A stretch of DNA of 64,000 nucleotides from a candidate division FCPU426 bacterium (GTDB lineage Bacteria; Oederibacteriota; JAAXVQ01; JAUVAV01): contig JBFLYH010000001.1 in NCBI GenBank assembly GCA_040756875.1, positions 576,001 through 640,000 of the forward strand. Reading direction: 5' to 3'. Below are positions 28,897 through 39,183 of the stretch, in pieces. The translations under genes and the position numbers were made by a program. The notes beneath the pieces were generated by a model. The model was not told the DNA's origin, made no database searches, and saw nothing but the letters and a program-made list of their open reading frames with translations. Position 1 is the stretch's first letter. The number at the start of each line of letters is the position of its first letter.

Positions 28897-29537
28897 GTGC
28901 TGGAGCTGAACCATGTAGGGCTGTTGGAAGCGGGTTTCGGCCTGCTGTTGGGTGCGGCCTTCGGCGCGTATCCGGTATTGCAGCCGCAAATCATTGGCAG
29001 CGGTTTTCCCAAGTTGAATTCAACCTACGCCATTCGTCCGACGTTCGGACGGATGGCTTTTTTTTATCAGGCCGCTGGCTGGGATTTGCTCTTTTGGGAA
29101 TCATGGGAGGGTGGCTGAACATCGTCTGGTCTGCTTATCCGGTTTTTTCGCGATTATTGCCGGCGGCGGAAATACTGCTGGCGGTATTCATGCTGCTGTT
29201 TCTTTTAACTGGTTATTCGCCTGAATTAAAGCTTTGCCAAAAACTGGATCCTGCCATTCTTAGCCTGCCTTTGGGGCTAAAAGGCTTGCTGTCCGCTTGG
29301 GCAGCAACCGCTCCTATCTGCATCGCTTTATGCCAGGCGATTTTCCAGTTGAAACCTCTGACGGCAATTTTTTACTTTACCAATGTTTTCTTTGGAAATG
29401 TATTGGTTTTATTGCCTTTAATGCTGAATATGCAATGGTCGAAAACGGTTTATTATCAAATTATTTCACGTTTGATTATTTTATTTTGCGCAATTTCGAT
29501 TATTTATTCCGGCATTGCGAGATTCCTGGAATCTTAA
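28897..29537 (+). pseudogene. Frameshifted DsbD_2/TauE-like membrane protein (split at a T8 run; could be a sequencing error)
   Basis: One extra T at 29058-29065 joins the 73-aa and 147-aa ORFs into 213 aa and restores FFLSGRWLGFALLGIMGG. Confidence 0.6.
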
Positions 29538-29569
29538 ATAAAATCAATCATAAACTTGGTTTCATTCGC

Positions 29570-29599
29570 TTGACAGTATTGGGTTACAGATGATATATT
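29570..29599 (+). promoter_or_regulatory. Sigma70-type promoter upstream of the secretion/RND gene run
   Basis: TTGACA, 18 bp, TATATT with a TG extension, in an AT-rich intergenic region. Confidence 0.65.
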
Positions 29600-29643
29600 T
29601 TAATTTACAAAGCTTTTTCGATATTTTTTTTAGGAGATAAATT

Positions 29644-29922
29644 TTGGATACTCAATATTCCTTTCTAAAAATCTCCGTAAAAGTTTTAAAAATACTTTCA
29701 TACATATTTGCGGTCCTGGGTTTGGTAGGCGCATTGGTTATTCTCTTTGGGAAATCGCAGGGGTCGGACAAGCTGGCGAGTATTGGCGTGCTTTTACTAG
29801 GCGGACTCTATTTTTTAGTTTCATACCTTATCGCGGAAGTCGTGCGCTTATTTATAAATATAGAAGTCCGGTTGAGGCAAATCGAACAGACCATTCAGAC
29901 TCCGAAAAGGGAGATTCGATAG
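29644..29922 (+). CDS. Small two-TM membrane protein with coiled-coil tail
   Basis: SD TAGGAG plus TTG; two TM helices followed by IAEVVRLFINIEVRLRQIE. Confidence 0.78.
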   Translation: MDTQYSFLKISVKVLKILSYIFAVLGLVGALVILFGKSQGSDKLASIGVLLLGGLYFLVSYLIAEVVRLFINIEVRLRQIEQTIQTPKREIR

Positions 29923-29955
29923 GCTGATATCTGCAGCATAGGGGGCTCATCGTTC

Positions 29956-32900
29956 ATGCGTCAAACGACATGGTTGGCGGATCTCGATCGGCGACATTCG
30001 GGTTTGCTCGGAATCGCGGCGCTGCTGGCATTGACCGGAACGCTGCTATTCTGCTTCCCATCCTCGACTCTGGCCAAGCGTTTCGTCGACCGCTTGACTA
30101 CGGACTTCTATGGAGGCACGGAAGACAACATCCAAATCGGCCAGAATTTGGACGGCGACCTCCAGCTCGCGCCCTATTCCATGCTGGGCAATTGGACGAC
30201 CACCAGCGGTCCCTCCAATACCTCGCTGTATTTATCGGACGCGACAGTGTCCAACGGGCGCATTTATCTGACCGGCGGGTACGGCAGCGCCGAATCGCGA
30301 TCCTTCAGCGGCCCCACGGTGGCGAATGCCTTGAACAAAGTATGGTACGGTGCGGTTTTGACCGACGGCTCCGTGGATGAGTGGAAGGAAGTGGACGACA
30401 CCTCGCGCCTGCCGCAGCCCACCTACGGGCATTCCGCGGTGGCGATGAACGGACGGCTGTATATTATCGGCGGCCGGAGCACGGCCAATGCCACGCTTAA
30501 CGCCGTCTACTGGGCGAAGATCATCGGCCACGACGGAACCATCAAGGCGTATTACAAGAGCAACACCTGGACCGCCGTGGCCTCGCTGCCCGTGCCGTTG
30601 TTCAGGGCGCGGGCGTTGGCATGTGAAGGCCGGATTTACGTGGTGGGCGGGCAGGATGCCGCGGATATCGCACAAAACACCGTGTACTACGGTACCGTGC
30701 TGCCGAGTGGCGACATTCCGGGCTGGACTGCGACCAGTGTGCCTTTGCCCATCAGTGTGGCCGGGCATTCGGCGGTCATTTCGAACGGCCGGATTTATGT
30801 TCTCGGCGGGTCGACCACCGGCGAACCTTTAAACGCGGTCTCGGACGTTTACATGGGGACCATCGACGTCAATACCGGCGATATCACCGGGTGGACGCAG
30901 ACCACCAGCCTGCCTGAGCCGCGCTATGCGGCCGCAGCCACGGTGTCTTCGGGAAAAATATGGGTTTCAGGCGGCGTCACTTCGGGCACCGCCAAATCGG
31001 ATGTGTTTTACGCCCGCATCGACCGGGTCACCGGTTTAATTCCGGGGTCTGGACAACGCGATACCTGGAGCCGGGCCACGGATCTGCCGGCGTCGGTATA
31101 CAATCATAATTTCATTTCCTTCAACGGACACTTGTTCCTCCTGGGCGGGATGAACAACGCAGGCATTCAGGATCTGGTTTACCGCTCGACCCTGGCGGCT
31201 CCCAAAACGAACATCACCCGCTGGGTGCCGACCACGCCTTTGTTCCTTTCTGCCTACGGCGGAGGCCGGTATGATATTTGGACCGGTCATACGGCCATTC
31301 TAAGGGTGCCGTTGCCCAGCGACACCTCGGGGATTTCATCCGGGGACCCCACAGTCTTCGTGATCGGCGGCGGCCCGAACACATTCGTGGCGTATGCCAA
31401 CGGCATGGGAGATGTGGCCAACGAGCCGCCATCGGCTTACTCCACGGTTTATAATTCCGAAGTGGATCCCAACGGTTCGCTGAAAACCTGGGCTGCACCG
31501 GATACAGGCGGATCCATACCCCTGGCAACCATCAACCACGCCTCTACGCTGGCCGATGGCGCGATTTACGTCGTCGGCGGCGCCAACTCCGTCAATGCCT
31601 GGATTTGGACCGGCGCGGCATCGCGTTCCCTGACCGCCGAAGGTCAGTTGGATACCTTGGGCCGCCCCTATCAAGTCGGCAAGACGCTGGTGATGTACGA
31701 GGAAGTCGGGCAGGGAAGCTCCAGCGGTGGAGCCGGTTCTTTCGAATTCACTTCGCCGCTGCCCATCTATGATCCAGCCTGGGAATCAGGAGGGTCCGGC
31801 GGATACACGGCCAATACCGCCACTCCGATTTATCAGCCTCTCATGCGGCATGCCGCAGTTTCTCATAATGGCAACATTTACGTGATCGGCGGCGTTTCGC
31901 GCGCGAATATCCAGCCGTATGACGGCGCGGGCGATCCGCCCGGGAGCCAGCCGGTTTATGAAACCCGGGTCTGGTTCTGCCGGCCGAATCCGGGTGGCAC
32001 CATCAATCCCGCGGGCGGTGCCGGCGGCTGGAAGACGACCACGCCCTTGGCGCCAACGGCGCTGGCGCCTTCGCTCGGGCCGCGCTTCGACATGGCCGCT
32101 TGTGTGGCATTCAATCGCATTTATCTTTTCGGCGGGCGCGATGCCACCGGCATTCCGCAGGATGACATCTTTTTCGCCACCATCAACGGCGACGGCACCT
32201 TGGGGCCGTGGACCGAATTGATCACCTCGCCCCTCCCCTCGTTTTTGGCGGAACACCAAGTCTTGTTCACCAATGGCCGGTTTTACATCATAGGCGGAGC
32301 GAACGAAACCGGATTGCTGCGCAACAGCGTTTACTACTGCACGGTGGATCCGGCCACGGGTTTGATTCCCGCGTTCCCCAACCCCGGGTCCTGGGAATTA
32401 TCCAACACGACCCTGGAATATCCGGTTGCCGGTCACGCCGCAGTGGCCAACAACGGATTCATGTACGTGCTGGGCGGCCGGTATAATTCCGCGGATCCCC
32501 ATACCTCCAGCGCTTATATGACCAGCATTGTCGATCTCTTCCAATCCATGGACATTTACTATGCCTGGGCCGGCACCTATGAGCGGTATATCGACCTTAA
32601 CCGCGACCAGCTGATTCAAAATGTCGATTGGGTAGGGCAGGCCAATTTCGAAATTTTGCGGGTGAAATGCCGGTATGCCTTGGAGAAAGGGCAGTGGTCG
32701 CCCTGGACGGCGGAGACCGACTTGGGCCCGCTGGACGTTCAACAGTTTGCCCGGTATATTCATTATAAAATCCGTCTGGAAACCCTCACCAATGAGCGGG
32801 CGAACATCTATCGGACGCCGTTGATTTCTCAATTCGTGGTTGATTATGCCGAGACGAAACAGGTCGACAACGATAACTTCCAGATCAACCATAACCGCTT

Positions 32901-33171
32901 CGATCCGCAGACCCAAACGCTGCTGATCACCTATAAAACCAGGGATCATTCAGTCAACGACGTCATTTTCAGGGTTTACAACCTCGAAGGAGAGCTGATC
33001 CGGAGGCAGGATATCACGATTCCGGCGGGAACCGCGTTGCCGGCCACCGGTTCCTGGATCTGGGACGGGACAAACGAAAACGCCGAGCAAGTGGCCAACG
33101 GCGTATACGTGATTCAATATAATTCGGGCAATACGCACAAACTGCGCAAGGTGGTCGTTTACAAACGCTGA
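29956..33171 (+). CDS. Secreted double Kelch beta-propeller protein with FlgD-Ig/T9SS-like C-terminal domain
   Basis: Signal peptide; 12 Kelch-type repeats (GRIYxxGG); C-terminus VYNLEGELIR..WDGTNENAEQVANGVYVI..RKVVVYKR. Confidence 0.88.
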   Translation: MRQTTWLADLDRRHSGLLGIAALLALTGTLLFCFPSSTLAKRFVDRLTTDFYGGTEDNIQIGQNLDGDLQLAPYSMLGNWTTTSGPSNTSLYLSDATVSNGRIYLTGGYGSAESRSFSGPTVANALNKVWYGAVLTDGSVDEWKEVDDTSRLPQPTYGHSAVAMNGRLYIIGGRSTANATLNAVYWAKIIGHDGTIKAYYKSNTWTAVASLPVPLFRARALACEGRIYVVGGQDAADIAQNTVYYGTVLPSGDIPGWTATSVPLPISVAGHSAVISNGRIYVLGGSTTGEPLNAVSDVYMGTIDVNTGDITGWTQTTSLPEPRYAAAATVSSGKIWVSGGVTSGTAKSDVFYARIDRVTGLIPGSGQRDTWSRATDLPASVYNHNFISFNGHLFLLGGMNNAGIQDLVYRSTLAAPKTNITRWVPTTPLFLSAYGGGRYDIWTGHTAILRVPLPSDTSGISSGDPTVFVIGGGPNTFVAYANGMGDVANEPPSAYSTVYNSEVDPNGSLKTWAAPDTGGSIPLATINHASTLADGAIYVVGGANSVNAWIWTGAASRSLTAEGQLDTLGRPYQVGKTLVMYEEVGQGSSSGGAGSFEFTSPLPIYDPAWESGGSGGYTANTATPIYQPLMRHAAVSHNGNIYVIGGVSRANIQPYDGAGDPPGSQPVYETRVWFCRPNPGGTINPAGGAGGWKTTTPLAPTALAPSLGPRFDMAACVAFNRIYLFGGRDATGIPQDDIFFATINGDGTLGPWTELITSPLPSFLAEHQVLFTNGRFYIIGGANETGLLRNSVYYCTVDPATGLIPAFPNPGSWELSNTTLEYPVAGHAAVANNGFMYVLGGRYNSADPHTSSAYMTSIVDLFQSMDIYYAWAGTYERYIDLNRDQLIQNVDWVGQANFEILRVKCRYALEKGQWSPWTAETDLGPLDVQQFARYIHYKIRLETLTNERANIYRTPLISQFVVDYAETKQVDNDNFQINHNRFDPQTQTLLITYKTRDHSVNDVIFRVYNLEGELIRRQDITIPAGTALPATGSWIWDGTNENAEQVANGVYVIQYNSGNTHKLRKVVVYKR

Positions 33172-33176
33172 CGGAA

Positions 33177-33202
33177 CGGGCGCCTGAGGCGCCCCGAATT
33201 TT
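33177..33202 (+). terminator. GC hairpin with weak U-tract after the Kelch gene
   Basis: GGGCGCC-TGA-GGCGCCC followed by CGAATTTT. Confidence 0.4.
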
Positions 33203-33290
33203 GCATGGATGGCCTGCCAACTTGGCCGGCGACGCGAGGCCTGCGGCGCGGTACACCCGCCCCGGGGCCCCCGACACAAAGGAGAGGGCT

Positions 33291-34238
33291 ATGCGTCAAT
33301 TGCTTGCTGGGCTCATGATTCTATTGCTGCTCCCCGCGGGTATGGTTTATGGCCGCGGCGTCGGCACTTCGGCCGCGAATTTTCTGAAGGTAGGCCAAGG
33401 GGCCAGACCTGCAGGCATGGGCAGCGCCTTCGTCGCCCTGGCCGACGACATCAACAGCCTGGAGTGGAACCCGGCCGGCTTGTCGCTGCTTACGCCGGAC
33501 TATTTTGATATGTCCTTTCAGCACTCGTTTTGGCTGGCTGATGTGGAGTATGAAATGTTGTCCTACGCCCAGTATTTGGGGGAAGCCTACGGCGCGGGAT
33601 TGATGCTGATGTACCGCCACATGCCCGATGTGGACAACAATCTCAGCGATGAGCAGCCCTTGCAGGTGTATGACTTTGCCGGCCAGCTTGGTTACGGTTT
33701 TCAAATTTCGAATTTCTCGGTGGGTTTGAACCTGAAAATCGTTACCACTCATCTGGGCACCGTGGATTTGACCGGCGAAGCCGTGGATTTGGGCATGCTG
33801 GTTCACTTCATGGAGCGCAAGCTCAACATCGGCCTGGTCATTCAAAACCTGGGCCCGGATGTTTCGAATGATTCGCTGCCCCTGGGCATCCGCGGCGGCT
33901 TCGGCTATAAAGACCTATTCGGTGAAAACAAGGAACACGCTTTCAATGCCGGCCTGGAAATCAACCAACCCTTGGACAACAAACTGAACCTCAATCTGGG
34001 CGCCGAATATTGGTATATGAAGACTTTTGCTCTGCGCCTCGGATTCCGCCAGCAATTGGGCGGCAATGACCTGCAGACAGATAATTTCCTGCACCGCATG
34101 ACGATCGGCACCAGCGTCGTATGGGCTGATCTGCAGTTGGATTATGCGTTCGCCTCGTTCGCCGACCTGGGCGCGACACATCGCCTCGCCCTCAAGCTCC
34201 ATTATGGTCCGCTGACGGACGAACTTAGCAAGTTTTGA
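33291..34238 (+). CDS. PorV/PorQ (UPF0164, FadL-superfamily) outer-membrane beta-barrel 1
   Basis: Signal peptide; [23 protein letters not shown]...WNPAGL; C-terminal [24 protein letters not shown] before ATG 33291. Confidence 0.88.
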   Translation: MRQLLAGLMILLLLPAGMVYGRGVGTSAANFLKVGQGARPAGMGSAFVALADDINSLEWNPAGLSLLTPDYFDMSFQHSFWLADVEYEMLSYAQYLGEAYGAGLMLMYRHMPDVDNNLSDEQPLQVYDFAGQLGYGFQISNFSVGLNLKIVTTHLGTVDLTGEAVDLGMLVHFMERKLNIGLVIQNLGPDVSNDSLPLGIRGGFGYKDLFGENKEHAFNAGLEINQPLDNKLNLNLGAEYWYMKTFALRLGFRQQLGGNDLQTDNFLHRMTIGTSVVWADLQLDYAFASFADLGATHRLALKLHYGPLTDELSKF

Positions 34239-34351
34239 TTCTGCGCGGCGCTGACCCGGTTCGGGGGAATTGTTTTTTCCCTGACGCGGGAGGCGGCGCG
34301 ACTGAAAAAGGAGGAGGCGGCGGCGCAATCGGCCGTGGCGTTGAATCCACG

Positions 34352-35842
34352 ATGCGGATGAAGCGGTGGGGCGGGCTGAAGGCGGTTTTAGCCTTCGGTT
34401 TTGTAACGGCGATCATCGTGCCTTTTGAGGCGTGGGGTGCCGCACCGCCGACTGCCACTTTCACCGCAACCGATTCGCCGACAGAGACCATGACCGCGAC
34501 GGTAACCTCCACGCCGAGCCAAACCGGCACTTTCACCGTGACGCCGACCGATACGGCAACGTTTACGGTCACGCCGACATGGACCGTGACCTTTACGCCG
34601 ACGGACACGGCGACATTCACGCCGACATTCACGATTTCGCCCACCTCGACGGACACGGCGACGTCCACGGTCACCCGGACGTTTACCGTTACGCCCACGG
34701 ATACGTCCACCTTCACGGCCACGCCGACGATCACGCAAACACGGACCGACACCCCGACCTTCACTGTCACGCCGACGTTTACGGATACCTCCACCGCCAC
34801 GCCGACCCGCACCAGCACCGTGACGCGCACCTTCACCCATACCCCCACCCATACGCGGACCGCAACGCCTACGTTTACCGCCACGCCGACCTTTACGGCG
34901 ACGCCGACGTACACGCATACGCCGACGTTTACGGTCACGCGCACGGACACGGCCACGTTCACGGTCACGCCGACGGATACGCCGACATTTACGGTTACCC
35001 CCACGCGGACAGCCACGCCGACGCGGACGCATACGCCGACCTTTACCATGACGCCGACGGATACGCCGACGTTCACGGCCACACCGACATTCACGGCGAC
35101 GCCGACGCGGACGGCCACGCCGACGTTCACGATGACGCCGACGGACACGCCGACGCGGACTTTCACGCCGACCTTTACCATGACGCCGACGGATACGCCG
35201 ACGCGCACACATACACCGACGTTCACGGCCACGCCAACGTTTACGATGACGCCGACGGATACGCCGACGTTCACAGCCACGCCGACGGATACGCCGACGT
35301 TTACGGCGACACCGACGTTTACGGCGACGCCGACGCGGACAGCTACACCGACGCATACGCCGACGTTTACGGCGACGCCAACGCGAACAGCCACGCCGAC
35401 GCACACGCCGACGTTCACGGCGACGCCGACGCGAACGGCCACGCCGACACATACGCCGACGTTTACCGTCTCTCCTACTTCCACGCATACACCCACTGTG
35501 ACCACGACACCGACGATCACGCCGACGAATACGCCGACCACCACGGCTGAACCCGCTCGTAATCTTGACCGTCTGGTGGTCTATCCCAATCCCTATATCG
35601 AACGTTTCTCGTATTTCAAACGGATTACATTCGTTTATCTGACGTATCAGGCCCATGTCCGGGTCTATACCCTGACCGGGGATCTGGTGTGGGAAGGGGA
35701 AAAGAACAACGGCTCGGACCGTCTGGATTGGGTGGGCATACAAAATATGTCGGGCAACCGTCTGGCCTCGGGCATTTATCTGTATATCGTTACGAACAAT
35801 CAAGGGGAACGCAAGACGGGAAAAATAGCCATCGTGCGATAA
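34352..35842 (+). CDS. Secreted Thr/Pro-repeat protein with T9SS type-A-like C-terminal domain
   Basis: Signal peptide (..FEAWGA), about 370 aa of TxTPT repeats, [33 protein letters not shown]. Confidence 0.85.
   Translation: MRMKRWGGLKAVLAFGFVTAIIVPFEAWGAAPPTATFTATDSPTETMTATVTSTPSQTGTFTVTPTDTATFTVTPTWTVTFTPTDTATFTPTFTISPTSTDTATSTVTRTFTVTPTDTSTFTATPTITQTRTDTPTFTVTPTFTDTSTATPTRTSTVTRTFTHTPTHTRTATPTFTATPTFTATPTYTHTPTFTVTRTDTATFTVTPTDTPTFTVTPTRTATPTRTHTPTFTMTPTDTPTFTATPTFTATPTRTATPTFTMTPTDTPTRTFTPTFTMTPTDTPTRTHTPTFTATPTFTMTPTDTPTFTATPTDTPTFTATPTFTATPTRTATPTHTPTFTATPTRTATPTHTPTFTATPTRTATPTHTPTFTVSPTSTHTPTVTTTPTITPTNTPTTTAEPARNLDRLVVYPNPYIERFSYFKRITFVYLTYQAHVRVYTLTGDLVWEGEKNNGSDRLDWVGIQNMSGNRLASGIYLYIVTNNQGERKTGKIAIVR
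34445..35545 (+). repeat. Degenerate coding tandem repeat (ACGCCGACG core)
   Basis: Every second codon is ACN; includes three 16-aa copies of [16 protein letters not shown] at about 35310-35455. Confidence 0.92.
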
Positions 35843-35876
35843 AAGTCAAGGATACTCCGTGAGGGAGGGATGTAAA

Positions 35877-37760
35877 ATGTTTAATCGAACCGTGGGGCGG
35901 ACAAGCAAGGGAACTCGTTTGGTATGGCTGATGGCGGGACTATTCTGGCTCGCCTCGAATGCCGCGTGGGCGGAAGGCGAGGGTACGGCGGGAGCGCCAT
36001 TTTTGAAAATAGGCACTTCAGCCAGGGCGGAAGGCATGGGAGGCGCCTTCACCGCCGTCGTGGATGACGTCGATTCGACGTATTGGAACCCGGCCGGATT
36101 GATGCGCCTAAAACGCAGCAGCATCGGATTGACGCATCTTGAGTGGTTTGAGGACATTCGGTACGAATACATCTCCTATGCCGACAAGTATGATTATATC
36201 GGAGCGGTGGGCGTCGGTTTGGGGTTCCTGTATCTCGGCGACATTCCCAAGACCCTGGAGTCCCCCTCGGGCGACTATGACGCCGCCAACAGCGGCGGGA
36301 CCTTCGGTGCCTCCGACCTATTGCTCAACTTGGCCTGGGCGGGCAACCTGGGTCTTCAGGAAAACAAGCTCGGCATCGGGGTTAAAATCATCAACGAAAG
36401 CATTGATGAAAACCAGTCGTTTAGCTTCGGCGTGGATCTGGGCGACCAACTGCTGCTCTCGAAAACCAGATGGTACCGCAATCTGGCTGAAAAAAGCGCC
36501 GCGGCTTATTTCATTCCCTCCATGTTGGGCGTTTCGTTCAAGAACATCGGAACCCCGGTCAAGTTTTTCAACCAGAACGACCCCCTCCCGCTCACGGCAT
36601 CCTTCGGTTTGGCTTATCAATTCCTGGAAGAAGATTTGAACGTCGCCCTCGATTTTGATTATCAAACCGTCGAAAGCCTTTTGATTATCCGGGCAGGCGG
36701 AGAATACTGGATCCATACCGGCATTCGAGGAGCGCCGGATCAGATGCTGGATGTGGCCGTGCGCGGCGGTTACCGTACGGGATATGACGCCTCCAGCGCG
36801 CCAGGTTTTTCACTGGGCGCAGGCCTTCGCTATGCCAGCCTGGGTTTGGATTATGTTTATATGCCTTTCGGCGATTTGGGAGTCACGCATCGTATTTCCC
36901 TGAAATTTTCCTGGGGTGATATCCTGAAGGACAAAGCGCCGCCGAAACGCAAACGCGTCGTGAAACGCCAGTTGACGGCTTCGGAGCGCGCGTTGCAGGA
37001 ACGGGCCCAGCAAATGGTGAAATCGAAGAAATCCATGGAAGGCAAAGTGGTGGTGCAAAAGAGTCCGGAAGCCATGCGTTCCATGACGGCTGTGGAGGCC
37101 AAGAAACCGGAAGACCAGGCCGTGGTCAAGGAGACGCAGGAGTTGGGCGCCCCGGTGACGGGTAAAACGCTGGACAAGAGCGCGGCCACCGGCGCCATTA
37201 TCGCGGGGTCGGGGAAACCGACCAGAATCGACAGCGAGTTGATCGAACAAATCGCGCGCGGCCGGCAAACGTCGGACGGCCGGACGCGTTCACAGTATGT
37301 CCGCCGCTCGCAGGAAGATGCCGCCAGACAAGCGCGGCGGGAAGCCGAACAGGTGAGCCAGGCGTTCGACGAAGTCGAAGAAGCGGCCAAGGAAGACGCC
37401 CAGCAGACCAAATCGAAACTGGTCACACGCACGACGGTCTATTTCGCCAAAAACAGCGGCAAACTGAACAATCAATACCTGTTTGCCCTGGACAAGATCG
37501 CCGCTTCGTTCGACAAGTCGCCGCAGCGCACGATACTGGTCCACGGCTACACCTCGTCGGATGAAACCAATCCGGCCGGATTGTCCATGGAACGCGCCAA
37601 GGCGGTCAAAGACTATCTGGTGCAAATGAAGAGCATCCCCAGCAACAAGATATCCATCAAAGGTTTTGGAGACAAGGATCCGGTGGCCAGCAACAGCGAT
37701 TCTAATGCGCGCGCCCGCAACCGCCGTGTGCGGGTCCAGATCGTGAAGGCCGGCAACTGA
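35877..37760 (+). CDS. PorV/PorQ-family beta-barrel 2 fused to a C-terminal OmpA-like peptidoglycan-binding domain
   Basis: FLKIGTSARAEGMGGAF..YWNPAGL; barrel end FGDLGVTHRISLKFSW; charged linker; OmpA motifs VYFAKNS, VHGYTS, LSMERAKAVKDYL, GFGDKDPVASN, RNRRV. Confidence 0.9.
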   Translation: MFNRTVGRTSKGTRLVWLMAGLFWLASNAAWAEGEGTAGAPFLKIGTSARAEGMGGAFTAVVDDVDSTYWNPAGLMRLKRSSIGLTHLEWFEDIRYEYISYADKYDYIGAVGVGLGFLYLGDIPKTLESPSGDYDAANSGGTFGASDLLLNLAWAGNLGLQENKLGIGVKIINESIDENQSFSFGVDLGDQLLLSKTRWYRNLAEKSAAAYFIPSMLGVSFKNIGTPVKFFNQNDPLPLTASFGLAYQFLEEDLNVALDFDYQTVESLLIIRAGGEYWIHTGIRGAPDQMLDVAVRGGYRTGYDASSAPGFSLGAGLRYASLGLDYVYMPFGDLGVTHRISLKFSWGDILKDKAPPKRKRVVKRQLTASERALQERAQQMVKSKKSMEGKVVVQKSPEAMRSMTAVEAKKPEDQAVVKETQELGAPVTGKTLDKSAATGAIIAGSGKPTRIDSELIEQIARGRQTSDGRTRSQYVRRSQEDAARQARREAEQVSQAFDEVEEAAKEDAQQTKSKLVTRTTVYFAKNSGKLNNQYLFALDKIAASFDKSPQRTILVHGYTSSDETNPAGLSMERAKAVKDYLVQMKSIPSNKISIKGFGDKDPVASNSDSNARARNRRVRVQIVKAGN

Positions 37761-37791
37761 CAACGGGCGTTGAACCCGCGAGGAGGAAGGT

Positions 37792-39159
37792 ATGAGTCCG
37801 ATCTTCGACAAGGATAAAGACAAAGAAAAAAAGGACAAGGTTCCGGCCGAGGAGGAACGCCGAGAGTCCAAACTGGTTTCCTCCTACAACCTGACCTACG
37901 AGCAGATCAAGAAACAGGAGATGGGGGAGACCGGCGAGGAGAAAAAAACGGCGGCGCCGGCCCCTGCCGAACCGGCAGCCGAAGCGAAAAAGAAGCCGGC
38001 CGGACGCTTCTCCCGTTTGACTTCCCAGTTCAAACAAGTGGACGTCAAAGGCGCGATCGGAACCATTAAGTCCCAGCAGGCGCTGCTGAGTGGATGGATG
38101 ACCTGGCTGAAGGAACACAAGCTGGTCGCCATCGTCGGGATCGTAGTCATCGGGATGGTGTTGGCCTGGGGCGTTTCCCAGCTCTTTTTCGGCGGCAAAA
38201 AGAAACAAACCGAGGAAGCGGGTGGAGTGGCAGTTGCCGATCTGGGCACTCGCGTCAATGTCTTGAAGATCACCAAGACGGATTTTTCGGATTCCATCCT
38301 GGCCATGGGAACGATCAAGGGGTTTGCCCAGGTTAATCTGGGTTTTCAGATTTCCGGTGTGATTTCCGCCTTTTATTTCCGGGAAGGCGACGAGATTAAA
38401 GCCGGCCAAATCATCGCCCAGTTGGATCCGCAGGAGCAAATGCTTAAATATGAACAGGCCAAGGTTAATTATACCAACGCCCAGTCTCTCTATGATTTGG
38501 GCGCCATCATACCGTCCAAACTCGAGGAAGCGAAAATCAATCTGGAACTGGCCCAAAATGAACTGGGCAAAACGGCAATTATCGCGCCGTCGGACGGCAT
38601 CCTCGGCAGCCGCGACGTGGAAGTGGGCAGTGCCATCAACCCCAATCTGAAGGTGGGAACCTTCCTGGACATCGACGACGTATTCGCGGAAGTGGGGATC
38701 ATGGAACGCGAAATCAACAAAGTCGTGCTCGGCCAGTCCGTGAAAATCAACGTGGACGCCTATCCGGACCTTGATTTCGGCGGTACGGTGACGAACGTGG
38801 CGCCCATGGTAAAAGGGAAGAGCAAAACGCTCAATGTCAAAGTGCAGATTGCCAATCCCTACCGATTGCTGCTGCCTGGCATGTTCGTCCGCGTCCGCGT
38901 GAAAATATTCGAAACGAAAAACGCCATCATTATCCCCCGGCCTGCTTTAAAAAAGGTGAAGGGGGCCTACCATGTTTTTACGGTGAACCAGAACAACAAA
39001 GCGGAATTCAAGACGGTAAAATTGGGATATGTCACCACGGATAATGTGCAGATCACCGAGGGCCTGAATGAAGGCGAATTGGTGGTCGTGGAAGGCATGG
39101 AGGAGTTGAAGGACGGTTCCAAAGTCCAAATTATGGAATATCAAAGCGCGGCTTTTTAG
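37792..39159 (+). CDS. RND periplasmic adaptor (membrane fusion protein) with long charged cytoplasmic N-terminus
   Basis: TM anchor after about 105 aa; GVI...EGDEIKAGQIIAQLD, IIAPSDGI, LLPGMF, GLNEGELVVVEG. Confidence 0.92.
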   Translation: MSPIFDKDKDKEKKDKVPAEEERRESKLVSSYNLTYEQIKKQEMGETGEEKKTAAPAPAEPAAEAKKKPAGRFSRLTSQFKQVDVKGAIGTIKSQQALLSGWMTWLKEHKLVAIVGIVVIGMVLAWGVSQLFFGGKKKQTEEAGGVAVADLGTRVNVLKITKTDFSDSILAMGTIKGFAQVNLGFQISGVISAFYFREGDEIKAGQIIAQLDPQEQMLKYEQAKVNYTNAQSLYDLGAIIPSKLEEAKINLELAQNELGKTAIIAPSDGILGSRDVEVGSAINPNLKVGTFLDIDDVFAEVGIMEREINKVVLGQSVKINVDAYPDLDFGGTVTNVAPMVKGKSKTLNVKVQIANPYRLLLPGMFVRVRVKIFETKNAIIIPRPALKKVKGAYHVFTVNQNNKAEFKTVKLGYVTTDNVQITEGLNEGELVVVEGMEELKDGSKVQIMEYQSAAF

Positions 39160-39183
39160 CGTCCGCCCAAGGAGAATAGATCC

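Noticed and set aside
34225-35544. 439-aa minus-strand Val/Gly-repeat ORF and the Arg-rich or His/Asp-rich alternative frames
   Set aside because: Shadows of the ACN-rich Thr/Pro repeat; only the plus frame has a signal peptide and CTD
34445-35545. Possible CRISPR array or non-coding tandem repeat
   Set aside because: Units are degenerate at third codon positions, have no unique spacers and stay in frame; no cas genes
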